Made by a program: the position numbers and the translations under genes
Assembly: GCA_016182915.1 (NCBI GenBank)
Contig: JACPFP010000002.1
Span: forward strand, 230,244 to 294,243
Direction of reading: 5' to 3'
DNA from: Candidatus Dojkabacteria bacterium
GTDB taxonomy: Bacteria; Patescibacteriota; Dojkabacteria; SC72
Length of the DNA stretch: 64,000 bases
In this document: in pieces, positions 26,117 through 34,109 of the stretch
Layout of the letters: each line of letters begins with the position of its first letter
How positions within the stretch are numbered: the first letter of the stretch is position 1
Notes under the pieces: generated by a model
Database searches by the model: none
What the model saw: only the letters and a program-made list of their open reading frames with translations
Told to the model about the DNA's origin: nothing

Positions 26117-26527
26117 TTACTTAGAAATACCAAGCCCTACCCTGCTACGCCTAGCTTCTGCTTGAATCCAGTAATCTGAAATTCCATCCCCTATTTCAAG
26201 TAGGGTTTGAGCAAAAAGAGTCTCAGGGTGAGATTCAAGGAACGCTATATGAAGGAGCATTGCAATATTGCGCCTAGTGATATCACTTAACCCGCTAAGG
26301 TAGGCTTTAACTAATTCCTCTGCAGGGATCATATTCTGAGCAGGACTAACCTTAAGAGCCTCGACATGTAAACAGACTCTATCCTCAGTTTCTCCACTAT
26401 GTTTCGAAAAAGAAACTGCATTAGTAACAGCTGCACCTGTTTTCATCCCAACAGTTACTCGGCCACTTGCTTCATCATCCCAGCAGACAAACCCTCCATC
26501 ACTAATCTCTGCAAAAGTATCTGGCAT
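26117..26527 (-). CDS. hypothetical protein (136 aa)
   Basis: ORF packed between tRNA-Ile(UAU) and the PP2C-like gene. I recognise no motif. Confidence 0.35.
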   Translation of the reverse strand: MPDTFAEISDGGFVCWDDEASGRVTVGMKTGAAVTNAVSFSKHSGETEDRVCLHVEALKVSPAQNMIPAEELVKAYLSGLSDITRRNIAMLLHIAFLESHPETLFAQTLLEIGDGISDYWIQAEARRSRVGLGISK

Positions 26528-26548
26528 ATTTATATTTAATAATTACAA

Positions 26549-26625
26549 TGGTGGGGGTGGGCGGACTCGAACCGCCGACATCGGCTTTATAAGAACCGCG
26601 CTCTAACCACCTGAGCTACACCCCC
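26549..26625 (-). tRNA. tRNA-Ile with anticodon UAU (decodes AUA)
   Basis: The reverse complement is GGGGGTGTAGCTCAGGTGGTTAGAGCGCGGTTCTTATAAAGCCGATGTCGGCGGTTCGAGTCCGCCCACCCCCACCA. The D-arm is identical to classic tRNA-Ile. The anticodon loop is CTTATAA, so positions 34-36 are TAT. Confidence 0.75.
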
Positions 26626-26692
26626 AGATATGCGTATTCTATCAGAAGTGCAGCAATTTTTCACTATTCTAAAGATATTTTCTACAGAAATA

Positions 26693-29233
26693 CTACCTAA
26701 GAGTCAGAGGAGGTGTTCCACTCTGGTTATCAGCCAAAGAACCCTCTGTAACAGCCAATCCTGCTCTTTGATTTATCTCCTGTTCAACAACATTCACATC
26801 TCTACCATATTTCAGCCTCGACAACTCCCTAATCTTTTGGGACATCTCTTTATTTACTGGAAGGTCAAAACCAGATTCAGGATAGCTGGGACCGTAGGAA
26901 GAGTCCAAAGAGAAAGGAGCTGGATATTTACCCCCTGAGATAAGCTTCACATACCAATGTAGGTTGGCCTGATTCATAATATCGTTCGCCGTAAAGACAG
27001 GATCAAACTGTGACTCCAAGAATTTAGCATCTTCGGGACCGGTTCTTGCTATGAGAAGTGTACCAACATTTCCGAAGATAGAGTTCTTGATATGCTCCTC
27101 CATCTGCGCAATATACTGGTTCGCGACAGTGAGGTTAAGACGGTATTTTCTTGCCTCAGAAAGAATAGAAGCAAATTCTTCTGTAGCGAAGTTCTGAAAC
27201 TCATCTACATAAAAGAAGAAATCCTTTCTCTCTTCTTCAGGAATATCCTCACGGCTCAAGGCAGCAGCAACAAGCTTAGGAATGAGGATTGTCCCGAGGA
27301 ACTGCATGTTTTCCTCCCCTACCAGACCCTTAGAAAGATTTACTATCAATATCTTCTTATTATCCATAACTTCCCTCATGTTGAATGAAGATTGAGATTG
27401 CCCAATAATATTCCTAACGGCAAGGTTGGTTACAAACCTATCGAACTTTGAGGTTAGATAGCCGAGAGTCTCTGATTTATGAAAATCACTTGTTTTTGCA
27501 ATTTGGTCCGTCCAAAACCTCTTAACCATGTCATCCTTAATCAGTGGAATCCACTTCTCATCAACCCACTTCTGATCTGTAATAATCCTTAATACCTCAA
27601 CAAGGGTGGAACCTTTCTCAGACATGGCGGTAAGCATTGCATTACGAACCGTTCTTTCAAGGATAGGGCCAACAATACCCTGGTTATGGGGATCGAAGAT
27701 CTTCTTAAGAAGACCTATAAACCCGTTTACAATTCTATGCTTATCCTGCTCGTCCGAAAACTCCATCATGTTAAAACCGAAAGGCCTTTGATTATCGGAT
27801 ACATCGAAATATATAACATCCTCAGCTCTTTCATGAGGGATACGATCAAGGACCATCTGAGCAGTCTGTCCGTGAGGATCAATGAAACAAACTCCATCGC
27901 CGTTATATATATCTTGAAGGATCATCCTTACAAGAAGCCATGACTTACCTGAACCTGTCTGTCCTAATACATAGGCATGTCTTCTTCTATCGTCTCTTTG
28001 GAAACATATTCTCTTTCTATTGCCTCTAAAAACATTATCACCTAACCATATAGTGTCCTTAGAGTTTACATCTGAACTAATCCAGTTTGCAGCTGGTGCC
28101 TCTTTAGCAAGAAGCCAGTTAATATTAGGTGTTGTGATCTCTTTATTTGGAAGGTGAAAGAGACTCGCAAGCTCATCGATATTTAGGATAGATCCGCTCT
28201 TTAAAGGCATTCTTCTATAGATAACATCATTCATGAAATCCCTACCCTTGAGCTTGTTCAACTTCTCTTTTTTAAATTCATTAATACCTGGATTGGAGAA
28301 CTGATCAAAAGCACCTACGATATTATTTAGATGCATATTAGCCAAATCTGAGTCCGAAGCAGATGTAACTATACGAATAGCGGTCCTAAACCCTATCTTA
28401 GACGTTTTCTTGCTTATTGCTTGCAACTGTTCCTGACTTACACTAATTCTCTTCTTCTCTGGGTCGGAGTTCGATTCTTCAACCTTCTGTACAAACTTCC
28501 TACCGTTTTTCTGCCATTTACTCCCCGCAGGAGAGATAACCAACTGGATAAGGGCACCTTCTCCATCCTCCATTTTACTTAAGGTACTCAAAATATTTGA
28601 GAGAGGATCTCCAGAAAAGTCTTCCGCTACTTTAACCGGATAGTATGGCTCATCTGTCTGGACCAGGCTTGCATATGCAACCTTGGAATTCTCACCGAAG
28701 ATATTATATTCATCCGTCCTTATAATTTCAGCCTCCTGATAGGAGCCTAATATCTGTTTCTCAACTAGGTCAGCTAGTTTCTTAGGAGCATATACATAGA
28801 ATCGAATCTCACCCGGAAGCCCAACCATCTCAAAACTAATACTATTTCCAACGGTCAGATATTTTTGAATACCCTTCCCTGCGCCACCGATTCCATATAG
28901 GTTCGCAAACATCTTTTCCGCGACTCCAACCTCTAACTCATTCCCCCTGGGGGCTCTAACCTCAATTAATACTCCAAGTTTGCTTTTTTCATCCCTGTCT
29001 TTTCTTTTTAAAATATTTGAATAGTAGTAGAGGGCGCCAATAATTCCTCCAATAAGGAGGGAAATTAGAAGAACCCACATAAAGACAGATACAAATGTGA
29101 TATTAGAACCATCCGTCTCCCCAAGAGAATCCTGTGGATAGACCACATTCTCCCCTGGTGTTACATCACCAGGTTGTATAGGGCCAATAGTCTGAGAGTA
29201 AACAAGATTAGTATAATCTAGAGCAGTTCGCAT
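26693..29233 (-). CDS. membrane-anchored P-loop ATPase of the HerA/FtsK/VirB4/VirD4 (AAA_10/TraG-D_C-like) superfamily
   Basis: 846 aa. A single N-terminal TM helix, a ~350-aa non-ATPase region, Walker A LGQTGSGKS, then DPHGQ, Walker B FFFYVDEFQNF, and an ARKYRLNLTVANQ motif typical of HerA/VirB4/FtsK-type translocases. Confidence 0.65.
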   Translation of the reverse strand: MRTALDYTNLVYSQTIGPIQPGDVTPGENVVYPQDSLGETDGSNITFVSVFMWVLLISLLIGGIIGALYYYSNILKRKDRDEKSKLGVLIEVRAPRGNELEVGVAEKMFANLYGIGGAGKGIQKYLTVGNSISFEMVGLPGEIRFYVYAPKKLADLVEKQILGSYQEAEIIRTDEYNIFGENSKVAYASLVQTDEPYYPVKVAEDFSGDPLSNILSTLSKMEDGEGALIQLVISPAGSKWQKNGRKFVQKVEESNSDPEKKRISVSQEQLQAISKKTSKIGFRTAIRIVTSASDSDLANMHLNNIVGAFDQFSNPGINEFKKEKLNKLKGRDFMNDVIYRRMPLKSGSILNIDELASLFHLPNKEITTPNINWLLAKEAPAANWISSDVNSKDTIWLGDNVFRGNRKRICFQRDDRRRHAYVLGQTGSGKSWLLVRMILQDIYNGDGVCFIDPHGQTAQMVLDRIPHERAEDVIYFDVSDNQRPFGFNMMEFSDEQDKHRIVNGFIGLLKKIFDPHNQGIVGPILERTVRNAMLTAMSEKGSTLVEVLRIITDQKWVDEKWIPLIKDDMVKRFWTDQIAKTSDFHKSETLGYLTSKFDRFVTNLAVRNIIGQSQSSFNMREVMDNKKILIVNLSKGLVGEENMQFLGTILIPKLVAAALSREDIPEEERKDFFFYVDEFQNFATEEFASILSEARKYRLNLTVANQYIAQMEEHIKNSIFGNVGTLLIARTGPEDAKFLESQFDPVFTANDIMNQANLHWYVKLISGGKYPAPFSLDSSYGPSYPESGFDLPVNKEMSQKIRELSRLKYGRDVNVVEQEINQRAGLAVTEGSLADNQSGTPPLTLR

Positions 29234-29286
29234 AGAGTATCGATTAGATTTATTGATAAAAGGATATCACAAAAAACGTACTCTTT

Positions 29287-29889
29287 CTATTCTCCGAAGA
29301 TAGCAAAGATCTTCTTAATAAGAGTTGCAGCCCATGTTCGACCGTCGTTAATATCTCCCTGCTCAGAAATATTACTTGCGTCATTGGTAAGGGCATCATC
29401 TACCTGATAACCAAATAGCTTGAAAGTTTGGGTATTAGCAGTGGTTGCATTCTCCTCTTCAACACGAGATTTCTCCTCTGCACTAAGTTTATTGCCATCC
29501 TCAACCCCACTTTCAGTAAGTTTAATCTCATTCTCTTTCACAGTCTCAACCAGAGTTGCAAACTCCTCACTCTCCTTACTTGCATTAACCTGCTCCTCAA
29601 CCTTTGGAGCATCAACTAAAGGTGCAGATGAAACCTCGGAAGATACCTCCAGGGAAGGTAGCTCATCTAAAGACTCAACAGGCTGTTCTGCAGTTGGCTG
29701 ATTGGAATTATATTTTTCTAATATACCATTCTGCCTAAGTATCTCTTTTTTCTGATCTAAGGATAGTGTTGACCATACTGAGTCGGGAATTAGTCCAACG
29801 AGCTCGGTAGGTAAAGTGCGAATCCAGCCTGCATTTTCTAAGGCCGCACTCTTTGTTTCTAGGTTGTTTACTACAGGGGTATCTTGCAT
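29287..29889 (-). CDS. hypothetical acidic protein (200 aa)
   Basis: Low-complexity, E/S-rich middle region with no recognisable motif. Tightly packed between smpB and the ATPase. Confidence 0.35.
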   Translation of the reverse strand: MQDTPVVNNLETKSAALENAGWIRTLPTELVGLIPDSVWSTLSLDQKKEILRQNGILEKYNSNQPTAEQPVESLDELPSLEVSSEVSSAPLVDAPKVEEQVNASKESEEFATLVETVKENEIKLTESGVEDGNKLSAEEKSRVEEENATTANTQTFKLFGYQVDDALTNDASNISEQGDINDGRTWAATLIKKIFAIFGE

Positions 29890-29894
29890 ACCGA

Positions 29895-30338
29895 CTATTT
29901 TACCATATACTTTAATCTGTCTCTATGAAGCTCCCGATCCAGTTGTCTCTCCTTCTCTGTATTTCTCTTCTCCCTATCCTTCTTTCCCCTTCCTATACCA
30001 ACTAACACTTTTGCTTTTCCATGTGAAAAATACATCTTTAGGGGTACTAGGGTTCCTCCCCACTGCTTCGATTTACTATTTAACTGATAGAGTTCCTTTG
30101 TGTGCACAAGCAGTTTACGGGTTCTCTTGGCGTCATACTTAGGATCATTACTGAATTTGAACTTAGCAATATCTGCATTAACAAGCCATAGTTCGGAGCC
30201 AATAACTTTCACAAAAGAATCCTTTAAATCCACTCTATTATCCCTAATTGACTTGACCTCTGCTCCAGTTAGAACAATACCCGCCTCAAGGGTATCTTTG
30301 ATATCATAATTGAATTTTGCTTTTCTGTTATCAACCAT
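29895..30338 (-). CDS. smpB: SsrA-binding protein SmpB
   Basis: Whole-length match to SmpB: KFNYDI...LEAGIVLTGAEVKS...ELWL...I..F.......YD..R.RKLL.HK.E. Confidence 0.9.
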   Translation of the reverse strand: MVDNRKAKFNYDIKDTLEAGIVLTGAEVKSIRDNRVDLKDSFVKVIGSELWLVNADIAKFKFSNDPKYDAKRTRKLLVHTKELYQLNSKSKQWGGTLVPLKMYFSHGKAKVLVGIGRGKKDREKRNTEKERQLDRELHRDRLKYMVK

Positions 30339-30353
30339 GCCGGAATTATACCA

Positions 30354-32693
30354 TTACTTTTGAATAACGACTCTCCTGATAACGGTTCCATCCAAAATAT
30401 ACATATATCTCTCCTGATAGTCGGTAACTAGGTCCTGAACATCTTTAAAAACATCATCCCTATCTCCCTGATAGCGATACTCATTAACACGAAGGAGTTC
30501 ATTTGGATGTCTCGAATCCCCGATTGCCTCCTTAGGCTTCTCGAAAGATATGATTCTTGGAGAATCTCCACCTTCAAATATATACATAAGGTTATCCAAA
30601 GTTCCTCCTGTATGTCCTGCACTTGCACCACCTACAGCATTCAAACCCTCTGCACTAAGTGGGAGTTTTTGAGGATTATCTCCTGCGGAGTATCTTTCCA
30701 CCTCATTATCAACTCCCGTTACTACATAAATAGCAATATCACCGAAGAAATCTCTAGCTGAGTCAAAAGTTTCAGAACTTATATGGGCAAAAGGTAGTGT
30801 GTATCCGTTACCTGTGAAGTTTGATCTATATATTGCCTTGTTTGTGGGACTTAATAGGTATACATGATCATTCGGTGTGAATACCGCAAACTCGGAGACA
30901 TCATTAATTCCAAGGTCATCTGCCCCAAGTCCAGTAAGAGACTCAAAGTCCAGGTTTCCCAACTTACTATCAAACTGTGATCTGATCACTCCTGAAATTT
31001 CATCAAAGACATAAACACCATGAGTACCTATATCAATATATTTGGGTGACTTCACCAATCCCCTCTTGTCAGGAATCTTAACTGCACTCTTATCGAAAAT
31101 ATTTATTCTATATACAGCTTTCAATCCATTATCAACCACAAAGAGGGACTCATTCTGATAGTCGTCCTTGTAGACAGTCATATCCGTAGGCTGAGATTTC
31201 GACTCACCCTTTTTATCAAACTCAATACGTGTACTTAAAAATATCTCCAGGTTACCATTTTCTTCAGAAACCCAAACTCTCTTTGCAACTCTATCATCAA
31301 TTTTCCCTAACGATTCCTTAAGATCTGAGAGTTTCTTTTGGTCATCAAAGGATAACTTTTTACCCTCTACTTTTTGTAACTCTGCTGTCGCCTGTGTAAG
31401 GTAGCCGGAAGCCTGCTCTGTGTCACCCGGAAGATATGACTCAGCCTGTTTAATATAGTTCTCTACAACATCAAATACCTCAGCGGCAACTCTATGAAGC
31501 TCTCTAGCCTCTTTTGCTTTAATACTGAGCTGGATTCCCCCTAGAAGCGCTATCACGAGAAGCACCCCTAAAATCAAGGTTCCAAACCTCTTCCCTCGCA
31601 CTGAAGACTCTCTGTATCCATCAATTTTCATTCCGTACGCGGAACTACCTTTAGAGAGCCTCATTGCAGATAACTTTGACTTTATCCTTTTATACCAAAC
31701 TTGCCTACCATATTTATCATCTACAAATCCCCAGAAGGATCCTCCGAACTTGTGTAGAATCTTCTCTAACCTACTACTTAAAGGCATCATGAAGTTTGAA
31801 AGTTTATTCCATATCTCTAACCATGCGCTTTTTATCTTACCGGTCGTGCTGTTAAACCATATTACAAAAGTTGCCCACTTCTCTTTGAAAGTACTCTTCC
31901 GTACCTCAGATTCAATTTCTTTATTCTCAGGAACAGAAGGAACTTCCTCTGGTGGTTGAATTATTTCATACTCCTTATGAATAAGCTCTGTTGCTTGAGA
32001 CGTTACCTCAGAATCATACCCAGGTTCAGGATCTAAAGGGGCCTCTTCAATCTCTTCTATATCTTCAAAATCCTCTCCAATCTCCGACCTTGAAAGGAGG
32101 AGAACCCCTTGCCCTTTTTTCAAGGTATCATTTATCTCTAACAAGACTGATGATAGTTCGTCGCCCTTCATTCGTAGAAGAGTCTCACTGAATAGCATTG
32201 GAGAAGATATTATCAGGATGTCTTCCTGGCCCAATGCAAAACTTAATGCCATTACTTTATTCTTCTTTAGTACCTCAGACACATTAACGATATCTCCCTC
32301 CTTATGTACAAAGATCTCCTGTTCTCCAAAAACTCCTAAGAATGCGGTAGCTTCTTTTATCACCACTATGGCAAAACTTATATCAATTCCACCCTCCTCT
32401 ACCTCTTTATCGTTTTTCAACATTTCAAGAAGCTTCTTTGAACCTGCCGATATAGATTCTTTGACAGAATCAATAATAGAGCCCGATGAACCTGAGTACG
32501 TTTCAAGGATTGCATCCCAGACAAACTTAGATGCACGACTGGCATACCCTTCTGGGGTTTTAGAGACTGTAATTAGTGCATACATCTCTCCAACAGAGTT
32601 CCCTCCGTAATTTTCAGGAGTATATTTATAAACACTCGTTATAGACTGAGTATCTACCTCTTGTGAGATATATCTCTTTACAAAGATGGGCAT
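30354..32693 (-). CDS. large bitopic membrane protein: ~370-aa cytoplasmic N-terminal region, one TM, ~400-aa extracytoplasmic C-terminal domain
   Basis: A single central TM helix (TLILGVLLVIALLGGIQLSI). An acidic linker precedes it. The C-terminal half is rich in predicted beta strands. No catalytic motif recognised. Confidence 0.45.
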   Translation of the reverse strand: MPIFVKRYISQEVDTQSITSVYKYTPENYGGNSVGEMYALITVSKTPEGYASRASKFVWDAILETYSGSSGSIIDSVKESISAGSKKLLEMLKNDKEVEEGGIDISFAIVVIKEATAFLGVFGEQEIFVHKEGDIVNVSEVLKKNKVMALSFALGQEDILIISSPMLFSETLLRMKGDELSSVLLEINDTLKKGQGVLLLSRSEIGEDFEDIEEIEEAPLDPEPGYDSEVTSQATELIHKEYEIIQPPEEVPSVPENKEIESEVRKSTFKEKWATFVIWFNSTTGKIKSAWLEIWNKLSNFMMPLSSRLEKILHKFGGSFWGFVDDKYGRQVWYKRIKSKLSAMRLSKGSSAYGMKIDGYRESSVRGKRFGTLILGVLLVIALLGGIQLSIKAKEARELHRVAAEVFDVVENYIKQAESYLPGDTEQASGYLTQATAELQKVEGKKLSFDDQKKLSDLKESLGKIDDRVAKRVWVSEENGNLEIFLSTRIEFDKKGESKSQPTDMTVYKDDYQNESLFVVDNGLKAVYRINIFDKSAVKIPDKRGLVKSPKYIDIGTHGVYVFDEISGVIRSQFDSKLGNLDFESLTGLGADDLGINDVSEFAVFTPNDHVYLLSPTNKAIYRSNFTGNGYTLPFAHISSETFDSARDFFGDIAIYVVTGVDNEVERYSAGDNPQKLPLSAEGLNAVGGASAGHTGGTLDNLMYIFEGGDSPRIISFEKPKEAIGDSRHPNELLRVNEYRYQGDRDDVFKDVQDLVTDYQERYMYILDGTVIRRVVIQK

Positions 32694-32694
32694 T

Positions 32695-32946
32695 TTAACC
32701 TACAAGAATTAATATTACACAGAAAAGACTCCCTACAACCGCAACAAGAAGGTGTAGATATGATGCAAAAAGAACCTTTTTATTCGATGAGCTTTTAACT
32801 GTGTCATTTAAAATTCTCACTCTAATGGTGAGAAGGAGGGAGTATATTACATAGCCAAAAATTACAACTAGGAAGAGAAGTTTGAAGATACCTCCTGTAC
32901 TCTGAAACGTGAAATTGATTGTGTTTATTCCTTCTAAAAAGTCCAT
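32695..32946 (-). CDS. small two-TM membrane protein
   Basis: 83 aa with two hydrophobic helices. Start and stop are coupled to flanking genes (32946 is shared with the upstream bPH gene). Confidence 0.35.
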   Translation of the reverse strand: MDFLEGINTINFTFQSTGGIFKLLFLVVIFGYVIYSLLLTIRVRILNDTVKSSSNKKVLFASYLHLLVAVVGSLFCVILILVG

Positions 32947-33563
32947 TATATGTGTCCTTTCTTTTTCATTTCAAGTAAGTCGAGGAGAGTATCCTGTATA
33001 TCCCTTGGCCTTGGTACACCTGTAAATTCAAACTCCGGCTTTGAACCCGCGGTCTGGATATATACATCTCCATAGTCAAAAATACTACTTAATACTCCAG
33101 CAGGTGAATGCGATACATCCTCAATTTTATCCAAGTGGGCTTCTGAGAATCTATGAAAAAGAATATTATTAAAATCTACATCAACTATCCTGATATCCGT
33201 AATTATATTTACGGAATAGTACCATTTAAAATATGTATCACATGCTACAGTAAATGCCAGTAGAAGAAACAACAACCCAACTCCAAAGTTATATATAGGA
33301 CTGAAATCTCCTGTACCGCTGAATGCAGCAAAGAAGAGAAGTGGAGTTAAGAGAAGTCCGATAATAGCTAGATACCTTGGGATGAAAACTGCAGGGTGCT
33401 TCCTAACAATCAATACTACACTCTCTCCTTTATCCTGACCACTAAACGAAACAGTATCAGGAAACACACAGAAACTACCTGTGTTGTTTATAGAGTCAAC
33501 AGGAGACAGCTTTACTAGAAAAGACTTTTTCCCTTTTAAAAACTTTTTAGGTATTTTTCTCAT
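32946..33563 (-). CDS. membrane protein with a bacterial PH (bPH_2, YdbS/YdbT-like) domain
   Basis: Two N-terminal TM helices, then a ~90-aa domain with a bPH_2-like pattern (...YSVNIITDIRIVDVDF...GDVYIQTAG). Confidence 0.5.
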   Translation of the reverse strand: MRKIPKKFLKGKKSFLVKLSPVDSINNTGSFCVFPDTVSFSGQDKGESVVLIVRKHPAVFIPRYLAIIGLLLTPLLFFAAFSGTGDFSPIYNFGVGLLFLLLAFTVACDTYFKWYYSVNIITDIRIVDVDFNNILFHRFSEAHLDKIEDVSHSPAGVLSSIFDYGDVYIQTAGSKPEFEFTGVPRPRDIQDTLLDLLEMKKKGHI

Positions 33564-33674
33564 ACTAGTTCAAGATAACATAAATACAGTACTAGGACAA
33601 GAATAATTAGGTTGCATATCTTAATAGTAGTGATATACTTTTTAACATAATAATTTTATATATAAGACACTCAA

Positions 33675-34106
33675 ATGCTAGATGTACAAGAAAAAAGACG
33701 AATCACTGATGCCCTCGTACACCTCACAGATAGTCATACCACAGAACCTCTATCTTTAGGCGAAGACGAAGAGATATCAGGCCTTAAAATATCAAACTTC
33801 AGACAAGGGTTTGAGTCAGCAACATCAGAAAGTATCACTATACTTATGGAACTAATAGTGGAAGGTGGTAGCCAAGAGAGGCAGTATGCTGAGGAAAAGG
33901 ACTTACAAAGACTATGCGGGTTTATATGTGGGCTAAGATTTAGAGGAAATACCTATTTGGCAGACGAAATTTGGGGAAGGCTCAATCAAAGCGGAGCACT
34001 TGACGCTGATCAGGACGCAGCCGAAGCAAGTGTAGTTCAAATAGTGTTCGAGGAATATTTACAAGAGCAAGGAATACTGGCTAAAGAAGTCTGCAATCTT
34101 TGGTAA
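33675..34106 (+). CDS. hypothetical acidic protein (143 aa). This is the only plus-strand gene in this block.
   Basis: The ORF is convergent with the SpoIID-like gene. No motif recognised. Confidence 0.3.
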   Translation: MLDVQEKRRITDALVHLTDSHTTEPLSLGEDEEISGLKISNFRQGFESATSESITILMELIVEGGSQERQYAEEKDLQRLCGFICGLRFRGNTYLADEIWGRLNQSGALDADQDAAEASVVQIVFEEYLQEQGILAKEVCNLW

Positions 34107-34109
34107 TCA

